Notes: generated by a model from the letters alone, not told the origin. Counted from the stretch's first letter, positions 51,030 through 63,171 are shown. The stretch is 64,000 nucleotides of DNA from an uncultured Gemmatimonadales bacterium (GCA_963851265.1 CAWKNZ010000004.1:1-64000), one strand, 5' to 3'. Numbers and translations: made by a program.

Positions 51030-51232
51030 CGCCGCCGTTACGGGTGCGTCACGTGTCGTCCCGACGCGCATGGTTGCGATTGGTAACATAAAAAAAGCTT
51101 GTCCGAAGCACGTGACATGCGGCACGGATTCGGTACTCGATAAGGGGTTGTTTGGGGTCGACCCTCGCAGGGTCGACCCGCGCGCGTCTCCCGCCGCGCG
51201 GGCATTCTCCCGCCCCACCGAAGCCCCGTCCC

Positions 51233-52867
51233 ATGCACGCCCCGCAGCACACCCCCTCGTCCGCCCCCCCCGTCTCGTCCCGCCGGCCGCGCGCGCGCGC
51301 CGCGGCCTTCACCACGTCCCTCGTCGCGCTCGGGCTGAGCGCTTCCGGGCTCGTCGCCTGCTCCGACGCGACCACGGCGCCCGCCGCTCCGGCCGCGGCT
51401 ACGCCGGCCTTTACCACCGCGACGCTGCAGGGGACTGGCGCCACGGCGTCGCTCACCTCGCGCGCCAACGCGTCGATGTGCATGGATGCACAGGACAACG
51501 GTCTGACCGCGGGCAAGGTCGTTCAGCTGTGGACCTGCACCGGAAGCGCCAACCAGCAGTTCGTCTGGAATGCCGCGGGCGAGATCCGCCACGGCAGCCT
51601 GTGCGTGGCGGACGCCGGCGGCGCGGGCCGCAACGGCGACGTCCTGATCGTCTGGACGTGCAACGGCACGGCGAGCCAGCACTGGAGCGGCACGACCGAC
51701 GGCCGCATCGTCGGCATCAACGGCCGCTGCGTCGACGCGCCCTGGGGCCGCACCGCGAACGGCACCGTGCTCCAGCTCTGGGACTGCTACGGCGGACCCA
51801 ACCAGACCTGGGACGAGCACACCGCGCCCGTGACGGCAACGCCGCCGGCGGTGACGGCACCCACGGGCACGCCCGCGCAGGTGCTCGCCTTCGTGGGCGC
51901 GTCCAACGTCGCGAATGTGGCCGCGATCCAGGCGAAGGGTGGAGCGTACGCGCGGTACGAATCCGACTTCGCGACCTACGCCAACAGCCACTGGACGGCC
52001 GACAGCACGTCGTTCGACGCCAATTTCTACGACCGCGCGATGATCTACTACGTGTGGTGGGCGCGCACCGGCAACGCGACGTACCTCGACCGCGCCAACA
52101 AGCTCGCGATCGCCGCGAGGACGTACCTCACCAATACGAATTACGCGCCGCCGGCCTACAACATGATGATCGACGGCGTCGCGCTGCACGCGCTCGTCAC
52201 CGGCGATCAGCAGTCCGCGACGACCGTCGCGAAGGTCGCCGACGGCATGGGGAACCCGAACTCCTGGGGGTACTGGGTGGCCGGCAACCACGGCGACGCG
52301 AACGGCGACAGCCGGACCTCGGCGCGCGTGCTCACCGCCGTGCTCGACGCATACCTGCTCAAGGTGACGAGCCCCGGCGGATACAACTATGCCGCCATCC
52401 TGCCGCAGCTCGAGAGCCGCATTCTGACGACGCAGGACGGCGACGGCGCGTACCACTGGCCCAACCAGTGCGGCTACAACAAGCCGTACATGGTGGGTAT
52501 GCTGGACGACGCACTCATCCGTTACTACACGTCGGTCCAGGCGGACGCACGCATCGTCACGTCGGTGAAGAAAGCCGTCGACTACATGTGGGCGAACGAC
52601 TGGTACTCGACGTCGTCCGCGTTCACGTATCTCGAAGGATACTGTGCGAGCACGGGCGAAGCGGGTGGCGCGCCCGGCGCGGCGGACCTCAACAACATGA
52701 TCTCGTCCGGTTACGCGTTCGTCGCCAAGCAGACCGGCGACGCGTCGTACTACACCAAGGCCGACGCAGTCTTCAACGGCGGCGTCTACGGCGCGTGGCT
52801 CCAGGGCCCCAAGCAGTTCAACCAGGAGTACACGGCCTCGTACCGCTACCTCGCGCTCCGCTTCTGA
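51233..52867 (+). CDS. Lipoprotein: ricin-B (CBM13-like) lectin domain + uncharacterised helical domain
   Basis: Lipobox LVAC; three C..(Q/N)QxW subrepeats (NQQF, SQHW, NQTW); C-terminal aromatic-rich region with repeated TG(N/D)..Y..A helices. Confidence 0.8.
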   Translation: MHAPQHTPSSAPPVSSRRPRARAAAFTTSLVALGLSASGLVACSDATTAPAAPAAATPAFTTATLQGTGATASLTSRANASMCMDAQDNGLTAGKVVQLWTCTGSANQQFVWNAAGEIRHGSLCVADAGGAGRNGDVLIVWTCNGTASQHWSGTTDGRIVGINGRCVDAPWGRTANGTVLQLWDCYGGPNQTWDEHTAPVTATPPAVTAPTGTPAQVLAFVGASNVANVAAIQAKGGAYARYESDFATYANSHWTADSTSFDANFYDRAMIYYVWWARTGNATYLDRANKLAIAARTYLTNTNYAPPAYNMMIDGVALHALVTGDQQSATTVAKVADGMGNPNSWGYWVAGNHGDANGDSRTSARVLTAVLDAYLLKVTSPGGYNYAAILPQLESRILTTQDGDGAYHWPNQCGYNKPYMVGMLDDALIRYYTSVQADARIVTSVKKAVDYMWANDWYSTSSAFTYLEGYCASTGEAGGAPGAADLNNMISSGYAFVAKQTGDASYYTKADAVFNGGVYGAWLQGPKQFNQEYTASYRYLALRF

Positions 52868-52897
52868 CCGCGGAGCACGGGGCGCGCGGGGGCGGCG

Positions 52898-53743
52898 TTA
52901 GGCGCCGCCCCCGTCGCCCTCCGCCGCGAGCCGCGCGTCGAGGTCGGCCCGCAGCGCCGCCGCCCGCTCGGCGGGCAGCACGCGCGGCTCGGGGTCGATC
53001 GCCTCGAGCGCGCGCACCAGCACCCCGGCCACGAGGTAGTTCCGCAGCTTCTTGCTGTCGGCCGGCACCACGTACCACGGAGCGCGCGCGGTGCTCGTCT
53101 TCCGCAGCACGTCGCGGTAGGCGCGCGTGTACTCGTCCCATCGCGCGCGGTCGTCGAGGTCCCCGGCGTTGTACTTGTACTGCTTGGCAGGCTCGTCGAG
53201 CCGCGCGCGCAACCGCTGCGCCTGCTCCGCGCGCGAGACGTGCAGGAACAGCTTGACCACGGCCGTCCCCTCGTCGTCCAGCATCCGCTCGAACTCGACG
53301 ATGTGCCGGTAACGCCGCGACCACACCGCCTCGGGCGCGAGCTTGCGCACGCGCACCGCGAGCACGTCCTCGTAATACGAGCGGTTGAAGATGCCGACCG
53401 TGCCCCGCGGCGGACACGCGACGTGCGCGCGCCACAGGAAGTCGTGCCGCGCCTCCGCGCCCACCGGCACGCCGAACCCGGTCACCTGGCACGCCTGCGG
53501 GTTGAGGCCGCTGAACACGTGGCGCACCGTGCCGTCCTTGCCGCCGGCGTCGCGCGCCTGGAGCACCACGAGGAGCGCGCGGCCGCCGTCCGCGATCAGG
53601 CGCGCGTGCAGCTCGGCCAACCGCTCGAGCCGCTCGGCGCTCGCACTGGCGAGCGCCGGTCCGTGCGGCGCGCCGGCCGGGGGCGCGGCTTCCGCGTCGG
53701 CGAGTGCCGGAACGTCATCGGGGTCGACCGCACGGACGTGCAT
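52898..53743 (-). CDS. ppk2: Polyphosphate kinase 2 family (class III-like)
   Basis: QARDAGGKDG Walker A, HDFLWR, FNRSYYEDVL, APWYVVPADSK. Confidence 0.9.
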   Translation of the reverse strand: MHVRAVDPDDVPALADAEAAPPAGAPHGPALASASAERLERLAELHARLIADGGRALLVVLQARDAGGKDGTVRHVFSGLNPQACQVTGFGVPVGAEARHDFLWRAHVACPPRGTVGIFNRSYYEDVLAVRVRKLAPEAVWSRRYRHIVEFERMLDDEGTAVVKLFLHVSRAEQAQRLRARLDEPAKQYKYNAGDLDDRARWDEYTRAYRDVLRKTSTARAPWYVVPADSKKLRNYLVAGVLVRALEAIDPEPRVLPAERAAALRADLDARLAAEGDGGGA

Positions 53744-53867
53744 GCGCCGCCGCGTTGGAAGAAGCGGGCCGAGCCGGTCCGGGCTACGGACCGGTCCCGT
53801 TGCCGCTAGGTTGAGACGTCCCGGGGCGCCGCGCGCTCCACCACCACCGACCCGCGGAGTCCGCCAC

Positions 53868-54071
53868 GTGGCCCGAAAGCCCAACTACGGTTTCGAAAAG
53901 CGCCAGAAAGAGCTCGAACGCAAGAACAAGAAGGAAGAAAAGCTGAAGCGTCGCGAGGAAGGCCGCGACGACGGCGGCAGCTCGGAGCCGGGCTTCGATG
54001 AGTACGGCCGTCCGATCACCGTGATTCCCGGGGCCGACGACGCGGCCGACGACGCGGCGGGCGGGCCCTGA
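53868..54071 (+). CDS. Small charged hypothetical protein (ARKPNYGFEKRQKELERK...)
   Basis: GGAG then GTG; basic coiled-coil N-half, acidic C-half; 67 aa. Confidence 0.7.
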   Translation: MARKPNYGFEKRQKELERKNKKEEKLKRREEGRDDGGSSEPGFDEYGRPITVIPGADDAADDAAGGP

Positions 54072-54121
54072 CCCGCTGAGCGGCGCGGCAAAGCGGCTGC
54101 AAAGCGGCTGCGCGGATCGGC

Positions 54122-54595
54122 TCAGCCGATCAGCATCGCCTCGCAACGCGCCGCGAGCACGTCGCGCGTGTAGCGCGCCCCGTCCGCCGCCTTCCACTCC
54201 CACACCCCGTCGGCGAGCGCCGGCGTGAGGATCTCCTGTGCGAGCGTTTCGGCGCCGCCGACCGCGCCCGGCGCGCGCGCGGCGCCCGGCCGCGCGACCC
54301 GCCCGCGCCACGTCACGATCTGCAACTCGCCGAGCTGCAGGTCGGACGCCCCCGGCGGGAACCACGACACGCTCACCGCGCGCGCCGCCCCCTGCAGGAT
54401 GCACCCGCGCGGCGTCCGCACGCGCTGCACCTCGGGCGTGGTCTCGCCGCCCCGGGCCGGCGGGCGCTCGGGCGCGAGGGCGTCGAGTAGGGCGTTCACC
54501 GCGTGCTGGACGCCGGTGCGCTGCTGCGCCGTCGGCCGGTCTTCCCAGCGCGACGCGGTCGCGCCACCCACGCCTTCTTCATCGTCGTCAATCAC
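54122..54595 (-). CDS. Hypothetical protein
   Basis: GGGAG upstream of GTG at 54595; protein-like composition (GCILQG..RAVSVSWF, GELQIVTW). Confidence 0.6.
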   Translation of the reverse strand: MIDDDEEGVGGATASRWEDRPTAQQRTGVQHAVNALLDALAPERPPARGGETTPEVQRVRTPRGCILQGAARAVSVSWFPPGASDLQLGELQIVTWRGRVARPGAARAPGAVGGAETLAQEILTPALADGVWEWKAADGARYTRDVLAARCEAMLIG

Positions 54596-54776
54596 GTCCG
54601 TCTCCCGCGCGAGCCCCGCGCCGTGTTCCAGATAGCCGGATGTTAGATGCGCGAACATCAAAAGGGCTCTCGCGAGCGCGAGAGCCCCGTCCGGCGTGCC
54701 ACCGCACAAAGTTACGGCTCGGTCCGACAGCGGGCAACCGACGCCGCGCAACGGCCGCCGTGCGCCCGACAGGGTT

Positions 54777-56417
54777 CTACCGGAGCGCGCCCACCTCCGC
54801 CTCCGCCGCCCGCACCACGCCGCCACCGACCACCAGCGCGTGCACCGCGCGCAGGTCCGCCTGCAGCGCCCGGTCGCCGTCGAGCGTGGGCACCACCGCC
54901 CGGATCGCCGCCCGCGCCGCCCCCGTGCCCGGCGCCGGCGCCAGCGGCGCCCGAAGGTCGAGCGCCTGTGCCGCGCACAGCAGCTCGATCGCCACCACCC
55001 ACTGCGCGTGCTCGACCACCTGCCGGGCGTGGCGCGCGCTCGTCGTGCCCATCGACACGTGGTCTTCCTGGTTCGCACTCGTCGGAATGCTGTCGGCGCT
55101 CGCCGGGTGCGCGAGCACCTTGTTCTCGCTCACCAGGCTCGCGGCCGTGTACTGCACGATCATCAGCCCGGAGTGCAGCCCCTGGCGCGGCGTCAGAAAC
55201 GCCGGCAGACCGTCCGAGACCCCGGGGTCCATCAGGTGCGCCACGCGCCGCTCGGCGATGTTCGCCAGTTCGGCGATCGCCAACTTCGCGTAGTCCATCG
55301 CGAGCGCCACGGGCTGCCCGTGGAAGTTGCCGGCCGACACGACGGTGCCGGCCGAACCTGCGGAGCCTGCCGAGCGCGGGCGCCCAGCACCCTCGTCGTC
55401 CGGAAAGAGGAGCGGGTTGTCGGTGACGCTGTTCGCCTCGCGCGTGAGCACCTCGGCCGCGTGGGCGAGCGCATCCCGCGTGGCGCCGTGGACCTGCGGG
55501 ATGCACCGCAGGCTGTAGGCGTCCTGCACCTTGGGGCAGCTCGCGTGCGCGGCGTGGATCGCGCTCCCCGCGCCCAGCCGCCGCACGTTCTCCGCGGCCG
55601 CGGCCGCGCCCGGATGCGGCCGCAGTTCGGCCACGCGCGGGTCGAACGCGGCGAGCGTGCCCTGCAGCGCTTCGAGTGTCATCGCCCCCGCCACGTCCGC
55701 GCACGTCGCCAGCGCGAGGCCGTCGGCGATGGCGAGGATGCCCAACGCGGTCATCGCCTGCGTGCCGTTGACGAGCGCGAGCCCCTCCTTGGCCTCGAGA
55801 ACGGCCGGCGCGAGCCCGACGCGCGCGAGCGCGTCGGCCGCGGGGAGCACCGCACCGTCCACCTCCGCCTCCCCCTCGCCGATGAGCGCGAGCGCGACGT
55901 GTGCGAGCGGCGCGAGATCGCCGCTCGCTCCGACCGAGCCCTGCGCCGGCACCACGGGGTGCACCCCGCGGTCGAGGCAGTCGAGGAGGAGCTGCAGCGT
56001 CGCGGGGCGCACGCCACTGTGGCCCACGGCGAGGCTCTGTGCGCGCAGCAGCAGCATCGCGCGCACGACCTCGGTCGGCAGCGGCGCGCCCACGCCCACC
56101 GCGTGCGAGAGCACCAGGTGCCGCTGCAGGGCGCGGACGTCCTCGGACGCGATGCGCACCTGCGCGAGCCGCCCGAACCCGGTGTTGATGCCGTACGCCG
56201 TACGCCCCTCTGCGACGATCCGCTCGACGAACGCGCGGCTCGCGCGCACCCGCGCGAGCGCGGCGGGGGCGAGCGCGACGGGCGCGCGACCGCGGGCGAC
56301 GCGCACCACGTCCGCGATCCCGATCGGCTCGCCGACGATGACGGGTGCCACAGCGGCGGGCGCGACGGCGGTCGTCGGCGCACCGGCCGCCGGTGCACCG
56401 GCGCGCGGCCCCGTCAC
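54777..56417 (-). CDS. hutH: Histidine ammonia-lyase
   Basis: [17 protein letters not shown] (MIO ASG), [32 protein letters not shown]. Confidence 0.95.
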   Translation of the reverse strand: MTGPRAGAPAAGAPTTAVAPAAVAPVIVGEPIGIADVVRVARGRAPVALAPAALARVRASRAFVERIVAEGRTAYGINTGFGRLAQVRIASEDVRALQRHLVLSHAVGVGAPLPTEVVRAMLLLRAQSLAVGHSGVRPATLQLLLDCLDRGVHPVVPAQGSVGASGDLAPLAHVALALIGEGEAEVDGAVLPAADALARVGLAPAVLEAKEGLALVNGTQAMTALGILAIADGLALATCADVAGAMTLEALQGTLAAFDPRVAELRPHPGAAAAAENVRRLGAGSAIHAAHASCPKVQDAYSLRCIPQVHGATRDALAHAAEVLTREANSVTDNPLLFPDDEGAGRPRSAGSAGSAGTVVSAGNFHGQPVALAMDYAKLAIAELANIAERRVAHLMDPGVSDGLPAFLTPRQGLHSGLMIVQYTAASLVSENKVLAHPASADSIPTSANQEDHVSMGTTSARHARQVVEHAQWVVAIELLCAAQALDLRAPLAPAPGTGAARAAIRAVVPTLDGDRALQADLRAVHALVVGGGVVRAAEAEVGALR

Positions 56418-57712
56418 GCGCCCGCCCCCGCCGCGGCGCCCACCGCCGACGGCAGCTCGCCCCCGGCGGCGAACACCCGCGCCACCACCGAACGCCCGAG
56501 CGCGTAGGGCAGCTCGCGCCAGTCGCCCGCGTCCAGCACGAGCAGGTCGGCGCGCGCGCCGGGCCCGAGCCACCCGCGGTCGGCGAGGCCTAACGCGGCG
56601 GCCGCGTTGGCGGTGGCCGCGACGAGCGTCTCGGCGGGGGTGAGGCGGTTGAGGCGTACGGCGAGGGCCATCGCGAGGGCGGGTGAGAAGAGGGGGCTCG
56701 ACCCGGGGTTGCAATCGGTCCCGACCGCGACGGCCGCGCCGGCGTCCACGAGGGCGCGCGCGGGCGCGGGCGGCAGGCCGAGGTGGAGCGTCACGCCGGG
56801 AAGCACCGTCGCGACCGTAGACGCGGCAGCGAGCGCCGCCACCTGCGCCGGCCCCGACGCTTCGAGGTGGTCGACGGAGCGCGCGCGGTGACGCACGGCG
56901 AGTTCGACGCCGCCCACCGCGTGAAACTGGTCGGCGTGCAGCGTGACCGCGAGTCCGTGCGCGCGCGCCGCCGCGAGCATCGCATCGGCCTCGCCCAAGG
57001 TGAACGCCTCGCGCTCGACGAACACGTCGACCGCGGACGCGAGGCCGCGTCGCGCCACCTCGGGCACGAGCGATCGGACCACCGCCGCGACGTAGGCCGC
57101 GCGCTCCGCGCCGTCCGCCGGGGGCAGGTGGACAAGCAGCGTGGCGACGACCGCCGGTCTCCCGGGCGCGGCCGCGTCCGACGGTCCGCTCAGGCGCGCG
57201 ATCGCCTCGAGCGACCGCAGCTCCGCGTCGGGCGCGAAGCCGTAGCCCGACTTCACCTCGACCGTCGTCGCGCCCTCGCGCGCGAGCGCGGCGAGCCGGG
57301 GCCGTGCCGCGTCGACGAGCGCGTCGACGCCCGCCGCCGCGGTCTCGCGCACGGTGTGGCGGATGCCGCCGCCGCGCGCGAGGATGGCCTCGTACGCGAC
57401 CCCCGCCGCGCGCGCGTCGAAGTCGGCGAGCCGGTCTCCCGCCCACACGAGATGCGTGTGCGGGTCGACGAGCCCGGGCACGACGGCCGCACCGCCGGCG
57501 TCCACGGTGACGCGCGCCTCGCCGCGCCAGTCGCGGGCTGGGCCGGCGTAGGTCACGCGGCCGTCACGGACGGCGAGCACGGCGTCGGGCACGATGCGGA
57601 GCGCGCGCTGGGACGCGCCGCGGTGCGGGCCGGGGCCGAACGGCGTGGCGAGCTGGCCGACGCCGGCGACGAGGAGGTCGGCGGCCGGCGGACGAGACGA
57701 TGGGTCGCTCAC
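56414..57712 (-). CDS. hutI: Imidazolonepropionase
   Basis: [39 protein letters not shown]. Confidence 0.93.
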   Translation of the reverse strand: MSDPSSRPPAADLLVAGVGQLATPFGPGPHRGASQRALRIVPDAVLAVRDGRVTYAGPARDWRGEARVTVDAGGAAVVPGLVDPHTHLVWAGDRLADFDARAAGVAYEAILARGGGIRHTVRETAAAGVDALVDAARPRLAALAREGATTVEVKSGYGFAPDAELRSLEAIARLSGPSDAAAPGRPAVVATLLVHLPPADGAERAAYVAAVVRSLVPEVARRGLASAVDVFVEREAFTLGEADAMLAAARAHGLAVTLHADQFHAVGGVELAVRHRARSVDHLEASGPAQVAALAAASTVATVLPGVTLHLGLPPAPARALVDAGAAVAVGTDCNPGSSPLFSPALAMALAVRLNRLTPAETLVAATANAAAALGLADRGWLGPGARADLLVLDAGDWRELPYALGRSVVARVFAAGGELPSAVGAAAGAGA

Positions 57713-58662
57713 CCGAACACCGCCCCGATCACGTCCATCACCAACCGCGCGGCGAGAAGCGCGCTGTTGCCGCTCGCGTCCAGCCCCGGCGCCAGCTCGA
57801 CGAGGTCGGCGCCCACCACCGCGTTCCGCCGCGCGGTCGCCTCGACGATGCGACGCGCGAGCGCCGCGGTCATCCCGTCCGGCTCGGGGCTCGACGTCCC
57901 GGGCATGATCGCCGGGTCGAGCGCGTCGACGTCGAGCGACAGATACACCTGCTCGCCGCGCGGCAGTCGATCGAGCGCGGCCGCGACCGCCGCGTCATCC
58001 TCCAACTCCCACATCGGCACGAGCACGTGGCCACGCGCCCGGGCCGCCGCCACCGCCTCGCGGTCGAACCGCAACCCGCGCAGGCCCAACGTCGTCACCC
58101 GTGCCAGCCCGGGCACCAGCTCCGCCGCGCGGCGAAACGGGCTCGAGTTGGACCAGCGCGTGTCGTTGCGCACGTCGGTGAAATCCAGGTGGGCGTCGAG
58201 TTGCACGACGTGCAACGCGGGCACGTCGTCGAACGCGCGGAGCGTGGACGCGGTCACGCTGTGGTCGCCGCCGACGAAGATCGGGAGCGTCGCCCGCGCG
58301 CGCAGCGCCCGCGCGTCGGCCTCGATGCGCGCGCGCGCCAGCTCGGGCTCGAGGCTCGGCAGGTCCACGTCGCCCGCGTCGACGAGGGTGAGCCCGGCCA
58401 GGCGGACCCGATCGGTGCGCAGGTCGTAGAACCCTTCGGGCGGCAGCGCGTAGCGGAGCGACGCCTCGCGGACGGCGCGCGGCGCGAAGCGCTGCCCGGG
58501 GCGGAAGCCCACCGCGGCGTCGAACGGCACCCCGAGCACCGCGACGTCCGCCCGCCACGCGGCGCCGAGCGGCGCGTGCGCGGCGCGGGCGAAGGTCGGG
58601 ATGCCGGCGAAGGGAAGGAGGGGCACGGCCGGTACGATAACGCGCGGCCGTGCCCGCCTCAC
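57709..58662 (-). CDS. hutG: Ureohydrolase (arginase family), probable formimidoylglutamase
   Basis: GGDHS, DAHLD, SLDVDALDP..PGT; SNSSPF in place of agmatinase HGxPF; between hutU and hutI; start uncertain. Confidence 0.75.
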   Translation of the reverse strand: MRRARPRVIVPAVPLLPFAGIPTFARAAHAPLGAAWRADVAVLGVPFDAAVGFRPGQRFAPRAVREASLRYALPPEGFYDLRTDRVRLAGLTLVDAGDVDLPSLEPELARARIEADARALRARATLPIFVGGDHSVTASTLRAFDDVPALHVVQLDAHLDFTDVRNDTRWSNSSPFRRAAELVPGLARVTTLGLRGLRFDREAVAAARARGHVLVPMWELEDDAAVAAALDRLPRGEQVYLSLDVDALDPAIMPGTSSPEPDGMTAALARRIVEATARRNAVVGADLVELAPGLDASGNSALLAARLVMDVIGAVFG

Positions 58663-59051
58663 CCATCACCCCGCGCCGCGGAGCCGAGCGCGCCGAGCGC
58701 GAACCGCGCGAGGACGTCGTGCCGCGCGCCGGCGCGGGTGAGCGTGCTCGCGACGAGATCGACGCTCCGGACGACGAAGGGGTCGGGCGCGCGCACGGCG
58801 GCCAGGGCCGGGGCGAGCGCGGCCCGGTCGACCCGCGCGCCGCGGCGCAGGCGGGCGACGGTGAGGTGCGCGCGGAACGGGCGCGTCTCGCGACCGAGGC
58901 CCGACGCCGCGCACGCGTCGTCGACGCGCCGGGCGAGCGCGTCGAGCGCGGCGTCGGAAGCGAGGCCCAGCCAGAGCACCTGCGCGCGGGCTGGCGTGGG
59001 GAACGCGCCTGCGCCGGCGACGGCGAGCGTCAGCGGCCCGTCGGCCGCCAC
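58659..59051 (-). pseudogene. thpR: C-terminal half of RNA 2',3'-cyclic phosphodiesterase (ThpR/LigT 2H family)
   Basis: GAFP..ARAQVLWLG, RPFRAHLTVAR, LVASTL; only one HxT motif; GTG 3 nt after hutU stop. Confidence 0.65.
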
Positions 59052-59053
59052 GC

Positions 59054-60739
<1,686 letters not shown>

Positions 60740-60745
60740 GGCAGG

Positions 60746-60997
60746 TCAGCTCGCGGCGACCGTGCGCATCACCCCATCGGGCGCGTGGACCTCCGCGGTG
60801 CGGTCGCCGAGGTCGGGCGCCAGGCGGACGCACCCCCACGGCCCGAAGGCGGAGGGCAGGCGCCCGGCCCGGACGAACGACGCGGCCGGCGCCATCACGT
60901 GCACCGTCCCGTGCACGAGTTCCGCCCGGTCGGGGACTTCGGGCGCGTCGGAGTACTCACTGGCGGTGAGACGTCCGGTGGTGACGGCGGTGGCCAT
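60746..60997 (-). pseudogene. Second Uma2/DUF820 remnant with two internal deletions
   Basis: MATAVTTGRLT...AELVHG..VMAPA, then SFVRAGRLP...VRLAPDL, then RTAEVH; GGAGGAG RBS retained. Confidence 0.65.
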
Positions 60998-61043
60998 CGC
61001 TCCTCCAAGGGTAGGCGGCTGCCGAGAAAGCTACTCGCCCGCC

Positions 61044-62918
61044 TCACGGCAGCGCCAACACCTCCACGTTCGACGGCGCCGCGGGCGTGTGCGCGACGCG
61101 GTGCGTCTGGGCGCGGTAGTCCTCCGCCCGCGCGTGGAAGATGTTGGGCACGAAGGTCTGCGGGTTGCGGTCGTAGAGCGGGAACCACGAGCTCTGCACC
61201 TGCACCATGATCCGGTGTCCCGCCTTGAACGTGTACGCCTGCTGGTGCAGGTCGACCGTGTACGCGAGCATCGCGTTAGGCGCGAGCGGCGCGGGGTGCT
61301 CGCGGCTCTGGCGGTAGCGCCCGCGCGTGATCTCGCTCGCCACCATCAGCTCGTAGCCGCCCATCGCCGGCCGGTCGGCGACCGAGTCGGGGTAGACGTC
61401 GATCAGCTTCACCACCCAGTCGGCGTCGGTGCCCGTGGTCGACGCGAACAGGTGGGCGGTGACGTCGCCGGCCACCGTCATGTCGTGGTCCAGCCGCCCC
61501 GTCGACCACGACAGCACGTCGGGGCGACCCTCGACGAAGCGCTGGTCCTCGGTGCGCCAGCGCGTCCAGCGCGAGCCCCGCGGGTCGTACTCCCACTCGA
61601 CCGGGCGCGGGCGGTAGGGCACCGGGTGCGCCGGGTCGCTGACGAACGCGTCGGCGGCCTCGCTCGCCGCGGGGGCGGCGAGCGAGAGCGCGCCGCCCGC
61701 GCGCAGGTAGAGCTTCACGGGCCGCGCGCCCGCGGCCGGCCAGCGGTCGTACGTCCGCCACCGCCGCGCACCCGCGTCGTACACCGTCGCCTCGGCGAAC
61801 CGGCCGTCCCCCGTCCCGCGCAGGTAGTGGGCGAACCACTTCGCCTCGACGTCGCGCCGGAACTCCGCGGCCGTGGGCTCGCCGAAGTGGACGTTGCCTA
61901 ACGAGTCGCCCGCCTCGATGAACCACTCGCCGTGGTACCACGGCCCGAGCACGACGTGGTTGATGTGCGCCGAATCCGTGCGCTCGAGCGCGCGGTAGGT
62001 CGCCTGCGGGCCGTACACGTCCTCCTGGTCCCAGAACCCGCCCACGGTGAGCGTCGGGACGGTGGTGTGCGTGAGCACCCGCGTCACGGACCGCGCCTGC
62101 CACGTGGTGTCGTACGCCGGGTGCGCGGCGAACATCCGCCAGCTCGGCCACCGCTCAGCGCCGATCGAGCGGCCGAGCGCGGCGAGGGTGGGGTACGAGC
62201 GGTACCACTCGTAGGTGTCGTAGCGCGCGGGCGCGGGGACCACGCTCTCGTCGCTGCTCGCCTCCATCTGCCAGGCGTACTCCAGCCCCACCGACAGCCG
62301 GAACGCGCCGTTGTGGAAGAAGTCGTCGCCGATCCAGCCGTCGCCCATCGTGGCCTGCGGGCTCACCGCCTTGAGCGCGGGGTGCGGGTCGATGGTCGCC
62401 ATGTTGGTCAGCCACCCGGGGTACGAGATCCCCAGCTCGCCCACGCGCCCGTTGTTGCCCGGCACGTGTTTCACGAGCCAGTCGATGGTGTCGTAGGCGT
62501 CGGTGCTCTCGTCGATCGCCTTCGGGTCGCGGTGGTCCTGGGGCGGGTGGTTCATCACGTACGCGCCCTCGCTCTGGTGCCGGCCGCGGATGTCCTGGAA
62601 CGCGAAGATGTAGCCGTCGGCCATCAGCTCGCGGAAGCCGTACAGGATGCCCGACGTGCCGCCCCAGTTGTTGGTGCCGTAGGGCGTGCGCGAGAGGATG
62701 ATCGGCAGTGCGCCGGGCGCGGGCGCGTGCCGCGGCGTGAGGACCACGGTGAACAGGCGCACGCCGTCCCGCATGGGGACCATCACCTCCTGCCGCGTGA
62801 ACGCCGAGTCGAGCGCGGCGCGCTCGGCGGTCGGCGCCTGCGCGTGGGCGGAGCGGGACGCGGGGGCGACGAGGGCGGCGACGAGGGCGAGCGCGGAGAG
62901 GGAGCGAAAGGCGCGCAT
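61044..62918 (-). CDS. CocE/NonD family serine hydrolase (alpha-amino acid ester hydrolase-like), secreted
   Basis: Signal peptide; MRDGVRL, RTPY, DIRGR..SEG, GISYPG nucleophile motif, GPWYHG, QSSWFPLYDRNPQ. Confidence 0.92.
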   Translation of the reverse strand: MRAFRSLSALALVAALVAPASRSAHAQAPTAERAALDSAFTRQEVMVPMRDGVRLFTVVLTPRHAPAPGALPIILSRTPYGTNNWGGTSGILYGFRELMADGYIFAFQDIRGRHQSEGAYVMNHPPQDHRDPKAIDESTDAYDTIDWLVKHVPGNNGRVGELGISYPGWLTNMATIDPHPALKAVSPQATMGDGWIGDDFFHNGAFRLSVGLEYAWQMEASSDESVVPAPARYDTYEWYRSYPTLAALGRSIGAERWPSWRMFAAHPAYDTTWQARSVTRVLTHTTVPTLTVGGFWDQEDVYGPQATYRALERTDSAHINHVVLGPWYHGEWFIEAGDSLGNVHFGEPTAAEFRRDVEAKWFAHYLRGTGDGRFAEATVYDAGARRWRTYDRWPAAGARPVKLYLRAGGALSLAAPAASEAADAFVSDPAHPVPYRPRPVEWEYDPRGSRWTRWRTEDQRFVEGRPDVLSWSTGRLDHDMTVAGDVTAHLFASTTGTDADWVVKLIDVYPDSVADRPAMGGYELMVASEITRGRYRQSREHPAPLAPNAMLAYTVDLHQQAYTFKAGHRIMVQVQSSWFPLYDRNPQTFVPNIFHARAEDYRAQTHRVAHTPAAPSNVEVLALP

Positions 62919-62957
62919 GGATGGGGGGCGGTGAGGAGGGCGTGGTGCGCCGGGCCG

Positions 62958-63171
62958 TGAACGGCCGGGGATCGGTGCTGACCGAACGCCGAGGCCGGGG
63001 ATGAACCTGCGGGGATTCTACAGCCGGGGATACGACCGCAGGGGCGATACGGCCGCGGGTAGGGACGGTCTGGCCGTTGCCCTTTCCAGCGTCGTCGCCC
63101 CTCCCGTCCTATCGTCAATCAGCACGAATCCCCAGCCGTCTCATCCCCGGGGCGTTCATCCCCGGCCCGTT
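62958..63171. repeat. Structured intergenic element with direct CGGGGAT and inverted ATCCCC(G) repeats
   Basis: CGGGGAT at 62966, 62996, 63010, 63025; inverted at 63128, 63143, 63158; 13-bp IR 62994-63006 / 63154-63166. Confidence 0.7.

Noticed and set aside
57709..58662. Agmatinase (speB) assignment
   Set aside because: Position within hutU-hutI-hutH and loss of the HG motif His favour formimidoylglutamase, though this is not proven.
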